Shown piece by piece: positions 12,801 through 21,309 of a DNA stretch of 64,000 bases. The position numbers and the translations under genes are program-made. The notes under the pieces were generated by a model. That model was not told the DNA's origin. It saw only the letters and a list, made by a program, of their open reading frames with translations, and did not search any database. Location: contig JAJTCJ010000026.1 of NCBI GenBank assembly GCA_021323165.1, positions 1,804 to 65,803 on the forward strand. The letters are read 5' to 3'. How positions within the stretch are numbered: position 1 is the stretch's first letter; the number at the start of each line of letters is the position of its first letter. Origin of the DNA: Bacteroidota bacterium (lineage in GTDB: Bacteria > Bacteroidota > Bacteroidia > 2-12-FULL-35-15).

Positions 12801-13286
12801 TCAGAGGTCAGCTTTACAGACCAATCGATTGGAGCGACAGAATGGATGTGGAACTTCGGGGATGCACAGGATACAAATCCGAGTTATCTTCAAAACCCTG
12901 AGCACAATTATCCGAATGCAGGAAATTACTGTATAACACTTACAGTTCAGAATATATATAATTGTGTTGATTCAATTGTTCATTGCATGGAAGTTGAACC
13001 TGAATTTTCTTTCTTTATTCCTAATGCCTTTACTCCCGGTGTAAGTAACGGAAGCAATGATGGTTTCAAAGGTTATGGAACAAACATTTCTCAGTATGAT
13101 ATGTGGATCTTCGACAGATGGGGCAATATGATTTTTCACACAAGTGATCTGTCAGAAAAATGGGATGGACATGCAAACAATGGAAAAGATATCGCTCAAC
13201 AGGATGTATACGTTTATCTTGTAGAATTACTCGACTTCAGAGGGAATATTCATAAGTACAGGGGAACTGTAACTATCGTGAGGTAG
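6807..13286 (+). CDS. Large SprB-repeat/PKD-domain surface adhesin with gliding motility-associated (T9SS type B) C-terminal domain
   Basis: Many GGTxPYxYxW...G.Y.VTVTD..GC repeats; several W.WNFGD..QNP.H PKD domains; C-terminal FFIPNAFTP...IFDRWG...VYVY...GTVTIVR. Confidence 0.92.
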   Translation: MRFQRKVFPKYLKIIACIVLLFSSTGIFAQSGNCDPSTPFFSVDLTGQPNGVWTSPAVPRVGNCCGTTAPDKCVEISITLDPTAVAINFQITSGAVPPGALFYQIGCGPPVAVGTPICLNGPGPYSLTFCKPGNNINQYSITSIAGPTVSPDDTIGNGCSTTMYASGLLVNSSISWTSVGPGAQGAYNSYLSCTTGCDSTTVTGTPTAPAYVDYMVCGTPVAGACISSGLFCDTIRIHFSPPILNPVNPNPAIYCGNAGGILLTGSVAGGIAPYTYAWTNGTNGAGAVVGSGLTYTATTSGTYSFIVYDANYPACPPQITNVPVTVSPPPVINAGPDQLVCGSSVVLNGTVTGATGGVWSGGNGTYSPSSTAGNATYTPTSAELLAGTVILTYTSTGNGACSAVSDQVVINISPPINVTITAPAILCYGSTATLTANVTGGIAPYSYLWSNGQTTQTLSNMLPGTYSVTVTGANGSACTATASVTIAANPQIIVNTSPNNSISCSTTAIVSATASGGTGTLNYLWSNGAATSSTIVYTGTYVITVTDAVGCSANNSVTVIASNSTLTAIVNQPPVLCNGATTTLTVSANGGFGSYTYSWNTGSTGGSIVTGAGNFCATVTDGGGCTTSACVTVTQNSPLLLNVPTPAAICNGATGTLTAFVSGGQAPYNYLWSNGQSTQSITALAGNYTVTVTDAIGCNTSTSVTISQATPLNLSPTATQVLCFGGNTGTASANVSGGTPGYFYSWAPYGGSSATASNLMTGTYTVTVTDAIGCSQTSAIPVTQPAALNATITVNNNVSCYNGNNGSATVFPTGGTSPYFYSWSPIGGSAQTATNLTQGNYQITVTDVNNCVQNVSTSITQPSQLMGSIVSTTNVSCNSGSNGSITVSASGGTVGYTYVWTPSGGTAATASNLIAGSYTVTITDSKGCTTQVTAAITQPPALSASINTSTNVSCNGGNNGSATVTATGGTTPYSYLWNTNPAQTGVTATGLSAGNYSATITDSKGCVITTTAVSITEPALLTVTATPSSTISCNSTITISSSASGGSGAYSYLWSNGGTTSSITVNTGTYTVLVTDGNGCSATNSVSVMASNSTLTASIPAPANICFGASTTIAVSAAGGFGSYTYLWSNGSTANSIIVPAGSYCVQVTDGGGCIANACVNVVQNTPVTASIGTPPTVCPGASTTITASGSGGQAPYSFLWSTGQTSPSVSKPAGTYTVTVSDATGSACSATASVTINQSSDITLTVSSTNVSCNGGSNGTATVYASGGMPGYSYAWLPSGGNNTTAANLFPGNYSVTVTDMIGCIETASATITQPASAVSINMSSTSPQCFGDANGTATATGVGGTGPYSYYWYNTGSSSSTITGLLPGVYTATVADNTGCFTNDTISVLPAVQIQLTGSTTPASCNTNNGSATVNPTGGTGTYTYVWSPAIGGTNSTASNINAGTYTVTVTDGNGCQEELELTVPQVPVSITSGFTSTTSCFNTVTSFTDMSTATNDSVVSWSWNFGEPSSGASNFSTLQNPTHTFASSGTFNVSLTATSGIGCSETYSTPVTVYPLPIAGYTATPTCVNSFTLFTNTSNISSGSITGWSWNFGDPSSGSNNISNLEDPTHVFSNAGTYLIILTVTSDNGCTSTTTQNQVISGAPIADFTATNVCQNMSTVFTDASGISASTINGWSWNFGDTSPLDSVQNPTHLYGASGTYSVILTVSSTSGCQDSDTMNITVHPLPVVAFSAPPVCINNATIFTDNTTISSGTLTSWAWNFGNFTPVYFGQNPNYMYSSSGLFNVSLTVTSSFGCVGNVIQPVNVYALPIANFTSTNACLNTATNFNDLSTVPGSTITGWVWGFGDGSPIGTIQNPSHVYLTPGTYNTSLVVTSANGCLDTVTKPTTVHPLPQVLFNVNDSSGCATYCTQFNDSSIAQSGTITNWVWDFGDQSFQSTDQNPQHCYLQSGFYTITLTTTTSNGCSSTDSVVDLINVFPVPEAEFTFTPQPASTLYSEVSFTDQSIGATEWMWNFGDAQDTNPSYLQNPEHNYPNAGNYCITLTVQNIYNCVDSIVHCMEVEPEFSFFIPNAFTPGVSNGSNDGFKGYGTNISQYDMWIFDRWGNMIFHTSDLSEKWDGHANNGKDIAQQDVYVYLVELLDFRGNIHKYRGTVTIVR

Positions 13287-13313
13287 ATTCACTCGACATT
13301 AAAGTATGAGCAA

Positions 13314-15722
13314 TCATTTTATTCGGTTCATTTCATCCTGCGCACTCTTTTTTCTTTCCTCCCGCTCATATTGAGAACGACCCAACTTCCAGGACAAAGA
13401 GAGCCGAATTCTCCGCGAATCACTGAAGAAAGTTCCCTTATAATTCACCCCCTCGAAATCCATTTTATTTGTTAATCTGTCACTCCAGAGAATGTCATCA
13501 CAACTCAGACGTACATTCCCTTTTCCTTTTGCAAAGCCTTTCCGGATACCGGCACTCAAATTATAAATTGGGTCATTGACCACAAATCCGCCCACATTTA
13601 CACTTCGATAAAACACTGCAACTTCAATCCCCCAGTTATTACGGAAACTTAATGTATTCAGCATATGAATAATACAGGTAAGTCCATATCTGCTGTAAAA
13701 ACCTTGTTCTGTAGGTCCGTAATAATGATCATAAAAGCTGTTTACAGAAGTATTGACACTCCACCATTTGGTTGGCTGAAGATTTAAAGAAAAAAGTATA
13801 TTGTAACTATCGTACTTGCTGACATTTTCATTTGATGTGTATGTGATCTGAGTCGAATCGTCCTGATGAATGACAGCTGAAATTACATCTTCCATGTGCA
13901 GAAAGCCCACGCTGGTTGTTAGCGTATTTTTGAACACATGCTCTATCAAAAAATTATTGCTTATCTGTGGCCGCAGATAAGGATTGCCTGTTCCATAACT
14001 ATAAGGATTTCTATAAAACTGAAAAGGATTAAGATTTCCATAATCAGGCCTATCGATTCTCCGGCTATATGAAACATTTATAGTATTACTTGAATCGGCT
14101 CTCCAGTTAACAAAACAAGAGGGAAATAAACTTAAATAGCTGCGATGGACAACTGAATCGCTGGTCTGTTGAATTCCTTTAGAGTCAGTATTTTCTGCAC
14201 GTAAACCAGCCTGAATATCTATCTTCTTATAAGATTTTGAAAAATTTACATAAGCCGCATAAATATACTCTGAGTAAATAAAATGGTTCGTTTTGCTACT
14301 GTCAGGAACCTCTATTCCATTAATCACGTTCCAATATTCAGCATTATTATCAGTCTGTACTGAGCTTGCCTTAATTCCTACTTCGATCTTAGCATCCTTG
14401 AGAAACGTTTGTTCATAGTCAATATTACCTGCTATGATGTTAATTTTGGTTGGCAGTTTATAAAATAAGGTCCTTGGAGATTGAGCAGCAACATTCCTGT
14501 CATTATAGAAATTAGTAATATCGATTTCAGTTGAACTCGTTTCATAACCGGCATAAATCCCATTCACGAAGAGCTCCTTACCTTTCCCAATCTTATTTTT
14601 ATAATTAAGATTCACATTCCAGTCCAGATTGTTAAAATTTTTCTTTCCAGAAGTATACAAAGAAGAATTGAGAGTATTATCTGCGTTATAAATGGAGGTC
14701 GCATCTGTCAGCCTGGAAACTCCTTCAAACCTCGACATTTCAGCCATCACTCCTAAAGTTTGTTTTTCATCAATGAAATAATCCATCCCTCCCCGTAAAC
14801 TTGTTCCTTCACCGGAAAATACATTCCATGTTGTATCCTTAAACACGCTGTATATTATTTCATTTCTCGCAAAAACACTCTGCTGATAAGATGCATCGTA
14901 CCTTTTAAATTTCCACTGGTATCCGGTAAAAAAGAAATTCAATTTTCTTGTGCGGTAATTTAATGAGAGACCAACATTGGCTCCATAATAAAAACCAAGA
15001 GCGCCTGTTGTTGATACATTTCCGCTGAGTCCCAGGTTCTTGTCTTTTAACAAAACAATATTAATCACAGCATAACCACTTGCATCATACTTTGCCGATG
15101 GATTTGTGATCACCTCGATCTTATCTATTTGTGAAGCATCAAGAGATTTAAGGTAATTTGCAAGGTCTCCGGACGACATATATAAATTCCTTCCATCAAT
15201 CGTTACCAAGACACCGGGTTTTCCTCTCACTTCAACAGATTCTTTACCATCAACCGTCACACCGGGTAACTTTTTAAGAACTTCTAATCCATTATTACCT
15301 GCCGAAATGATACTGTTCTGAATATTATAAACTGTACGATCAACTTTATGTTCAATAAAAGATTTCTGCGCGATGATCTCTACATCTTTCAACATTTTTG
15401 AATCTTCTTCTAAAACAGAAGAGCCGAGATCAACAGAGAAATTCTTGTCAGTTATTTGAAAGGGAGCAGAAGAGAATTTTTTATAGCCAATGTATCCGGA
15501 TTGAACGAAAACAGAACCTGTATCTTTTATCTCCAGTGAATACTGACCCGTAGTGTCTGTGGTGGAACCAGTGACCAGGGTTGAATCTAAAGTGCGAACC
15601 AGAGTTACATTACAGAAAGGAATGCCAATACCTGTCGAATTCACAATTCGGCCACTGATCTGGGCAGAAGCGTTCATAAATAAAAATGAGTAAACAATGG
15701 TGATCAGGAACTTGCTTGTCAT
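13314..15722 (-). CDS. TonB-dependent receptor-like outer-membrane beta-barrel protein with N-terminal carboxypeptidase-regulatory-like domain
   Basis: Plug-like LKKLPGV and IEVITNPSAKYDA; barrel motifs YSRRIDRP, GNPYLRPQ. Confidence 0.85.
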   Translation of the reverse strand: MTSKFLITIVYSFLFMNASAQISGRIVNSTGIGIPFCNVTLVRTLDSTLVTGSTTDTTGQYSLEIKDTGSVFVQSGYIGYKKFSSAPFQITDKNFSVDLGSSVLEEDSKMLKDVEIIAQKSFIEHKVDRTVYNIQNSIISAGNNGLEVLKKLPGVTVDGKESVEVRGKPGVLVTIDGRNLYMSSGDLANYLKSLDASQIDKIEVITNPSAKYDASGYAVINIVLLKDKNLGLSGNVSTTGALGFYYGANVGLSLNYRTRKLNFFFTGYQWKFKRYDASYQQSVFARNEIIYSVFKDTTWNVFSGEGTSLRGGMDYFIDEKQTLGVMAEMSRFEGVSRLTDATSIYNADNTLNSSLYTSGKKNFNNLDWNVNLNYKNKIGKGKELFVNGIYAGYETSSTEIDITNFYNDRNVAAQSPRTLFYKLPTKINIIAGNIDYEQTFLKDAKIEVGIKASSVQTDNNAEYWNVINGIEVPDSSKTNHFIYSEYIYAAYVNFSKSYKKIDIQAGLRAENTDSKGIQQTSDSVVHRSYLSLFPSCFVNWRADSSNTINVSYSRRIDRPDYGNLNPFQFYRNPYSYGTGNPYLRPQISNNFLIEHVFKNTLTTSVGFLHMEDVISAVIHQDDSTQITYTSNENVSKYDSYNILFSLNLQPTKWWSVNTSVNSFYDHYYGPTEQGFYSRYGLTCIIHMLNTLSFRNNWGIEVAVFYRSVNVGGFVVNDPIYNLSAGIRKGFAKGKGNVRLSCDDILWSDRLTNKMDFEGVNYKGTFFSDSRRIRLSLSWKLGRSQYEREERKKSAQDEMNRIK

Positions 15723-15744
15723 AAAGACCGGTATCTGAGATGAA

Positions 15745-15752
15745 CAAATATA
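15745..15752 (-). promoter_or_regulatory. Bacteroidota -7 element
   Basis: TATATTTG on the minus strand about 22 nt upstream of the start at 15722. Confidence 0.5.
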
Positions 15753-15797
15753 TTGTAATAAGAACAGAGAAGCATCCCTTTAACAAACTTTAGCAAG

Positions 15798-16532
15798 CTA
15801 TCTTTTCTTTTTGCGGGGTTTCACTTCCTCTTTCTTCTCATCATAATTAAGCACGCCACCCCAGTAGCCCATTTGTTTTAATACCCAGGATCTTCTTCCT
15901 GAAATATAAGCACTTGGTTTACCTGCATTGAACTTTCTTGGATTCGGAAGAACAGCAGCAATTGTTGCAGCATCGGATGCACTCAGATATTTTGCATCCT
16001 TTTTGAAAAAAATTTGTGAAGCAGCCTGAGCACCATAAACACCATCTCCCATCTCTATTACATTAAGATAAACTTCCATTATCCTCTGCTTGCTCCAGCA
16101 TACTTCAATAAGAAAAGTGAAATACACTTCAAAACCTTTTCTGATCCAGCTTCTGCCAGGCCATAAAAAAACATTCTTAGCTGTTTGCTGACTTATTGTA
16201 CTTGCACCACGGGTCCTTTTATGGCTCTCATTATATTCCATGGCTTTATCGATAGCCTTAAAGTCGAAACCATTGTGCTTAAGGAAATTCTGATCTTCGG
16301 AACATACAACAGCAAGCTGAAGCTTAGGTGAGATATCATTAAGAGAAACCCAATCTTTTCTGAGCTTCATATCTTTCCCATCTGCCTTCTGTTCTATGCA
16401 GCGAATCAGCATTAAAGGAGTAACAGGGATCGGAACCCAACGCAGCACTATCACCGATACAATACTTATGATCAGGAAATAAACTGCTGCTTTCCAGAGA
16501 AATCTCCAAACCTTTAAAAAAAAATCTTTCAC
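15798..16532 (-). CDS. mtgA: Monofunctional biosynthetic peptidoglycan transglycosylase
   Basis: GT51 motifs SEDQNF.KH.GFD, GASTISQQTAKN, RKGFE, YLN. In-frame GTG at 16532 avoids overlap with the upstream gene. Confidence 0.93.
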   Translation of the reverse strand: MKDFFLKVWRFLWKAAVYFLIISIVSVIVLRWVPIPVTPLMLIRCIEQKADGKDMKLRKDWVSLNDISPKLQLAVVCSEDQNFLKHNGFDFKAIDKAMEYNESHKRTRGASTISQQTAKNVFLWPGRSWIRKGFEVYFTFLIEVCWSKQRIMEVYLNVIEMGDGVYGAQAASQIFFKKDAKYLSASDAATIAAVLPNPRKFNAGKPSAYISGRRSWVLKQMGYWGGVLNYDEKKEEVKPRKKKR

Positions 16533-16542
16533 ATTATATTTA

Positions 16543-17496
16543 TTATAATTCAAACCGTGGGCAATCAACCATTCCACCTGGACGATCATAAGTTTCATTA
16601 CTCATAACCGGACTCATGCCCATCATAATTTCTGTAGAGTTTGCATTTCCAACCCTGAATTTTGAAATTGTATAATCATAAGAAAAACCTACTACTACAT
16701 TAGAAAATACACGCACCTGGATCATACCAACAACCGCATCATGCATTCTGTAAGAAACACCTAAGCCAACTCTCTTCCTGTAATAAACCATGCAATTAGC
16801 ACTGCTAACCGGTATACTCACAAAATTAGTCTGAACATGAATGGAAGGGACAATAATAAAATCATATCCACCTGTAACAAATTTCCTGGAAACAGTAAAA
16901 TAAGCATTCGGCAAGATCTTATTGTTTGTTCCGATCTTTTGACTTCCCTGCTGCAGCTTGTTTGAATAAAGGTTTCTTACAGAAATTCCAGCGACTAATT
17001 TCCGGGAATACAAATAGAGTCCGGGAATAAAATCCGGGACTATCACTTTCTGATTCCGATTCAATAATGCGGGGTCATTCGCATCATAAATGCCGTTTGT
17101 AACAGCATATGTCTTTATTCCTCCGGCAACCCCAAAGCCTAAATGATATTTACTGCTTGCTTTTAGATGAATTGCGTATGATGCATAAAGAGATTTATTT
17201 GAGAAGATCCCGAATTTATCCTGTTCGAAATAAGCTCCCAATCCATGCCAGTATCTTTTATAACCCTTTTTACCAAATGCCCTTGTGACACTTGCAAAAT
17301 TTGTTTCGGGTGCATACTCAAATCCACCCCACTGAACCCTGCGTCCCACCATTGCATACCATCCGGTTGAATTACCTGCTATCGCTGGGTTTAATCCATA
17401 GTCATTCATCATGAACTGTGAATACTGACCATTCAGCTGTGCATTTGAGAAAAGGCTGGCTAAAAGAAAAACAGATACAAGACTTATTCTTTTCAT
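16543..17496 (-). CDS. Type IX secretion membrane protein, PorP/SprF family
   Basis: SQFMMN...LNPAIAG, R.QW.G...AP.T, GFSYDY...STEIM; sits directly downstream of a type B CTD gene. Confidence 0.9.
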   Translation of the reverse strand: MKRISLVSVFLLASLFSNAQLNGQYSQFMMNDYGLNPAIAGNSTGWYAMVGRRVQWGGFEYAPETNFASVTRAFGKKGYKRYWHGLGAYFEQDKFGIFSNKSLYASYAIHLKASSKYHLGFGVAGGIKTYAVTNGIYDANDPALLNRNQKVIVPDFIPGLYLYSRKLVAGISVRNLYSNKLQQGSQKIGTNNKILPNAYFTVSRKFVTGGYDFIIVPSIHVQTNFVSIPVSSANCMVYYRKRVGLGVSYRMHDAVVGMIQVRVFSNVVVGFSYDYTISKFRVGNANSTEIMMGMSPVMSNETYDRPGGMVDCPRFEL

Positions 17497-18057
17497 TTAC
17501 CTGATTATGGAAACGCTTCCTTTTATAATAGATTTATCTTCGTTTTTATCTCTGTAAATAATATAGTAATACGAAGTAGGATCAAGCTCTCTGCGTAACG
17601 CATCGCGTCCATCCCATGGCTCATATTCTCCTTCATGTTCATACACCTTTTGTCCCCAGCGATTAAAAACCAGTACACGATTGTCAGGATACTTTTCAAG
17701 ATGTGTTATTGACCATGTATCATTTATTCCATCTCCGTTAGGTGTGAATACCAGGGCTGTGCTAATCTCACATGGTATTTCATTTATCCTTAAATATATT
17801 AAAGTGTCATTTCCTAAACTATCCGTCACCTGAACAGTGTAATCATCAGAAGCTAATCCGCTAACATTTTTGTTGGTGCTGCCGAAGTTCCATAAATATG
17901 AATAAGGAGGATTTTCCGGAACTACATTAACTTCCGCAGAACCTGTATTTCTTTCATTGCATTCTGAATGACGAACTGATATGGTAAATTGAATTTGCTG
18001 AGCCTTTAGAATATTTCCGGCTATTAAGAGAATTAAAATGCAGATGACTTTTTTCAT
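17497..18057 (-). CDS. Small SprB-repeat protein with gliding motility-associated C-terminal domain
   Basis: PYSYLW..YTVQVTDS repeat; VFTPNGDGIND, VFNRWG, KGSVSIIR. Start taken at MKK. Confidence 0.88.
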   Translation of the reverse strand: MKKVICILILLIAGNILKAQQIQFTISVRHSECNERNTGSAEVNVVPENPPYSYLWNFGSTNKNVSGLASDDYTVQVTDSLGNDTLIYLRINEIPCEISTALVFTPNGDGINDTWSITHLEKYPDNRVLVFNRWGQKVYEHEGEYEPWDGRDALRRELDPTSYYYIIYRDKNEDKSIIKGSVSIIR

Positions 18058-18764
18058 TTGCATAATTTTTCAATAAGTTCTTCTGCCATTACACTGCCTT
18101 TTTCCTCTGCAGTTTTTAAGACTTCACAAGCTCCGGATTTGTCGTTATGCTGGTACATGATAGTAGCCATTCCAATATAAGCCTCACGGTACTTGGGATC
18201 AAGTTCAAGAACTTTTCTGTAATCAGCAAGAGAACCTTTGTAATCACCTGCCATATCTTTCCAATATGCCCTGCTGTAATACGCATTCACATAACGGGGA
18301 TCATATTCTATTGCTTTATCAAGATCTGAAATTGCTGATGTAAAATCGTCCAGACGGGCTTTCGCCTGTGCCCGGTTGTAATATGCTTTTACATGAAATG
18401 GTTTAAGTTCAATTATCTTATTGAAATCTTTTATGGCAGAACTGTAATCTTTCAACTGAGCCTTAAGAATTCCTCGGCCATTTAAGGCATCTACATAATC
18501 AGGTGAGATCTTAAGTGCTTTGTCGAGCTGCTTCATCGCAACTTTATATTCACCAAGCTTGTAATTTATACAACCCTGAAGGCAGAGCGCACTGTCGAAA
18601 TCAGGGCGTTCCGTTAAAGCGTTCTCAAGATCATGCATAGCAGCGCCATAATCTTTTTGAGCGTCATTTATAACAGCGCTTTGATAATACTCCGATGCGC
18701 TATTTTGAGCAATAGAAAAAGCAGCAATGCTTATTGTAAAAATAAATAATGCTGCTTTTTTCAT
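18054..18764 (-). CDS. Exported tetratricopeptide repeat protein
   Basis: Signal peptide; repeated AYYNRA...AISD.DKAIE.DP TPR units. Confidence 0.9.
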   Translation of the reverse strand: MKKAALFIFTISIAAFSIAQNSASEYYQSAVINDAQKDYGAAMHDLENALTERPDFDSALCLQGCINYKLGEYKVAMKQLDKALKISPDYVDALNGRGILKAQLKDYSSAIKDFNKIIELKPFHVKAYYNRAQAKARLDDFTSAISDLDKAIEYDPRYVNAYYSRAYWKDMAGDYKGSLADYRKVLELDPKYREAYIGMATIMYQHNDKSGACEVLKTAEEKGSVMAEELIEKLCK

Positions 18765-18837
18765 TGTTATATTATTTCACGAAACCTCTTATTTGCTTAT
18801 TTGTCTACTGACGAAGCCAATTGGCTATTGCTTTCTA

Positions 18838-21066
18838 TTACTTCAATATGTTTCCCAAAGCTGAATCAAACGTTTCTTTTGCTTCTGCTATTGTACCAAA
18901 TGATTCTTCATCGATCATCATTTCTTTTCCTGTGACATCTCCAAGGTAAGCAAACTCTGCATTGCTTTCCATCATGATATCAATGAATTTATCCTCATCA
19001 GATTTTTTCACTGAAACAATTACCCTGCTTTGCGCTTCTCCAAAAAGGAATGCATCTTTACGAATGCTTTCATCACAGCTGATGTCGAAACCAAGTCCAT
19101 TTGTCATTGAGCTTTCAAGAAGAGCAATGAATAATCCTCCGTCAGCGCAGTCATGTGCAGACTGAATGATCTTATTCTTAATAAGTGTTTTTACCGCCTG
19201 CTGAACTTCAAATTCTTCGTTCAGATCAAATGACGGAGCTGGTGAATTTTTTACTTTATGGAATGAATATAAATATTCGGAAGAAGCAATATCATTCTTT
19301 GAATTACCGATCAGATAAATAGAATCACCTTCATTCTTAAAATTAAGTGTCATGCGGTTATTCTTATCTTTCAGAATTCCAAGCATACCGATAGTTGGTG
19401 TAGGAAACACAGGGCCTTCGTATGATGACTGATTATAAAAACTAACATTTCCACCTGTAACAGGTGTTGAAAATTTGATACATGCTTTTGCCATTCCTTT
19501 GATAGAACCAACAAACTGCCAGTAAACTTCAGGGTTATAAGGATTTCCGAAATTCAGACAGTTAGTGATCGCTGAAGGCTCTCCTCCGCTGCATACAATA
19601 TTACGTGCGGCTTCAGAAACTGCAATTGCACAACCAGTTTCCGGATCAGCATTTACGTAACGTGAATTACAATCAACCTTTAAAGCAATTGCTTTATTTG
19701 TTCCCTTAATGTTTACAATAGCTGCATCGGATGGGGCATTAGTACTCATATTAACTGTACCAACCATTGAATCATATTGATTATAGATCCATTGCTTTGA
19801 TGCGATATTGGGATGAGAGATCAAAAATTTTGCCACCTCCTTCATATCTTTTGGTTCTTCAACCTGATCGATATTAAATTTTTTGCTTTCTGCGAAATAT
19901 GCAGGCTCTTTGTATTCTCTTTTGTATATCGGGGCACCGCCACCAAGAACAAGCGATTCTGCAGGAACATCAGCAACAAGTTCATCTTTCACAAAATAAC
20001 GCAGACGTTTTGTATCAGTTACTTCACCAATGATCTCACAATTCAGATCCCATTTTTCAAAAACTCTTTCCACATCTTTTTCTCTTCCCTTCTTCACCAC
20101 GATAAGCATACGCTCTTGCGATTCTGAAAGAAGGATCTCCCATGGAAGCATGTTTGCCTGGCGTGTAGGAACTTTATCCAACCAAATATTCATTCCGTGT
20201 TCACCTTTTGCACTCATTTCTGAAGTAGAGCAGGTAATGCCCGCAGCACCCATATCCTGCATTCCTATTACTGCTCCTGTTTTGATAACTTCCAAAGTAG
20301 CCTCAAGCAATAATTTTTCCTGGAAAGGATCTCCTACCTGAACAGCAGGAAGATCTTTTGCAGAATCTTCAGTTATATCTTTTGAAGCGAATGCTGCTCC
20401 GTGAATACCATCTTTACCTGTTGCAGATCCAACTATATAAACCGGGTTACCTACACCATACGAAGTTGCAGAAACAGTTTCACCCGCTTTTACAATTCCT
20501 GCACTCATTGCATTTACCAATGGATTAACATTATAACACTCGTCAAAGAATACTTCTCCTCCGACTGTTGGGATACCGAATGCATTTCCGTAATCACCAA
20601 TTCCTTTTACAACACCTTTTACAAGCCATTTTGTTTTATCCAACTTTGGATCACCAAAACGTAATGAATTAAGCTGAGCGATCGGGCGGGCACCCATCGT
20701 GAAAATATCACGGTTAATTCCGCCTACTCCCGTTGCAGCACCCTGATAAGGCTCAAGAGCAGAAGGATGATTGTGTGATTCAATCTTGAATGCACAACCC
20801 AGGTTATCACCAATATCAACTAAACCGGCATTTTCTTCTCCTGCTTTTGCAAGCATGTGGGGACCGTCCTTAGGAAGGGTTTTCAACCATGTAATTGAAT
20901 TTTTATAAGAACAGTGCTCACTCCACATAACCGAGTAAATACTTAATTCAACAAAATTAGGAGTGCGCCCAAGAACTTCAACGATCTTATCAAACTCTTC
21001 CGGCAATAAGCCTAACTGCTTTGCTGTTTCTACTGTTGTAGCTTCTCCCTGTACTGTTACTGACAT
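18838..21066 (-). CDS. purL: Phosphoribosylformylglycinamidine synthase subunit PurL (small type)
   Basis: WSEHCSYK, ESHNHPS, GAATGVGG, DMGAAG, LLSESQERM, NCLNFGNP. Confidence 0.97.
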   Translation of the reverse strand: MSVTVQGEATTVETAKQLGLLPEEFDKIVEVLGRTPNFVELSIYSVMWSEHCSYKNSITWLKTLPKDGPHMLAKAGEENAGLVDIGDNLGCAFKIESHNHPSALEPYQGAATGVGGINRDIFTMGARPIAQLNSLRFGDPKLDKTKWLVKGVVKGIGDYGNAFGIPTVGGEVFFDECYNVNPLVNAMSAGIVKAGETVSATSYGVGNPVYIVGSATGKDGIHGAAFASKDITEDSAKDLPAVQVGDPFQEKLLLEATLEVIKTGAVIGMQDMGAAGITCSTSEMSAKGEHGMNIWLDKVPTRQANMLPWEILLSESQERMLIVVKKGREKDVERVFEKWDLNCEIIGEVTDTKRLRYFVKDELVADVPAESLVLGGGAPIYKREYKEPAYFAESKKFNIDQVEEPKDMKEVAKFLISHPNIASKQWIYNQYDSMVGTVNMSTNAPSDAAIVNIKGTNKAIALKVDCNSRYVNADPETGCAIAVSEAARNIVCSGGEPSAITNCLNFGNPYNPEVYWQFVGSIKGMAKACIKFSTPVTGGNVSFYNQSSYEGPVFPTPTIGMLGILKDKNNRMTLNFKNEGDSIYLIGNSKNDIASSEYLYSFHKVKNSPAPSFDLNEEFEVQQAVKTLIKNKIIQSAHDCADGGLFIALLESSMTNGLGFDISCDESIRKDAFLFGEAQSRVIVSVKKSDEDKFIDIMMESNAEFAYLGDVTGKEMMIDEESFGTIAEAKETFDSALGNILK

Positions 21067-21142
21067 AATCTTTAGTTAATTATTGTAATCATTCAGCCCG
21101 ATTAACTGATCAACCAATAACCATTAACCTTTTTTAATCGAC

Positions 21143-21150
21143 CAAATTTA
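21143..21150 (-). promoter_or_regulatory. Bacteroidota -7 element for purL
   Basis: TAAATTTG on the minus strand upstream of purL. Confidence 0.45.
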
Positions 21151-21210
21151 AGGAAAACAGCCCTATTGAACCGGATTTTTTATTTTGAGTTTTCAACAGT
21201 TTTGAATTGT

Positions 21211-21218
21211 TATATTTG
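21211..21218 (+). promoter_or_regulatory. Bacteroidota -7 element (divergent promoter)
   Basis: TATATTTG with a TTTG at 21184-21187. Confidence 0.45.
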
Positions 21219-21309
21219 AGGGAAATATCAGCGCACAAAGGGCATAAAAAGGGTTATTGAGAAGCGATTTTCTAAAACCCGCACCTTCTGAGCGAAAATC
21301 CTTAAAAAC

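Noticed and set aside
528..12936. Numerous short alternative-frame ORFs inside the large secreted genes
   Set aside because: Shadow ORFs of Thr/Ser/Gly-rich repeat coding sequence.
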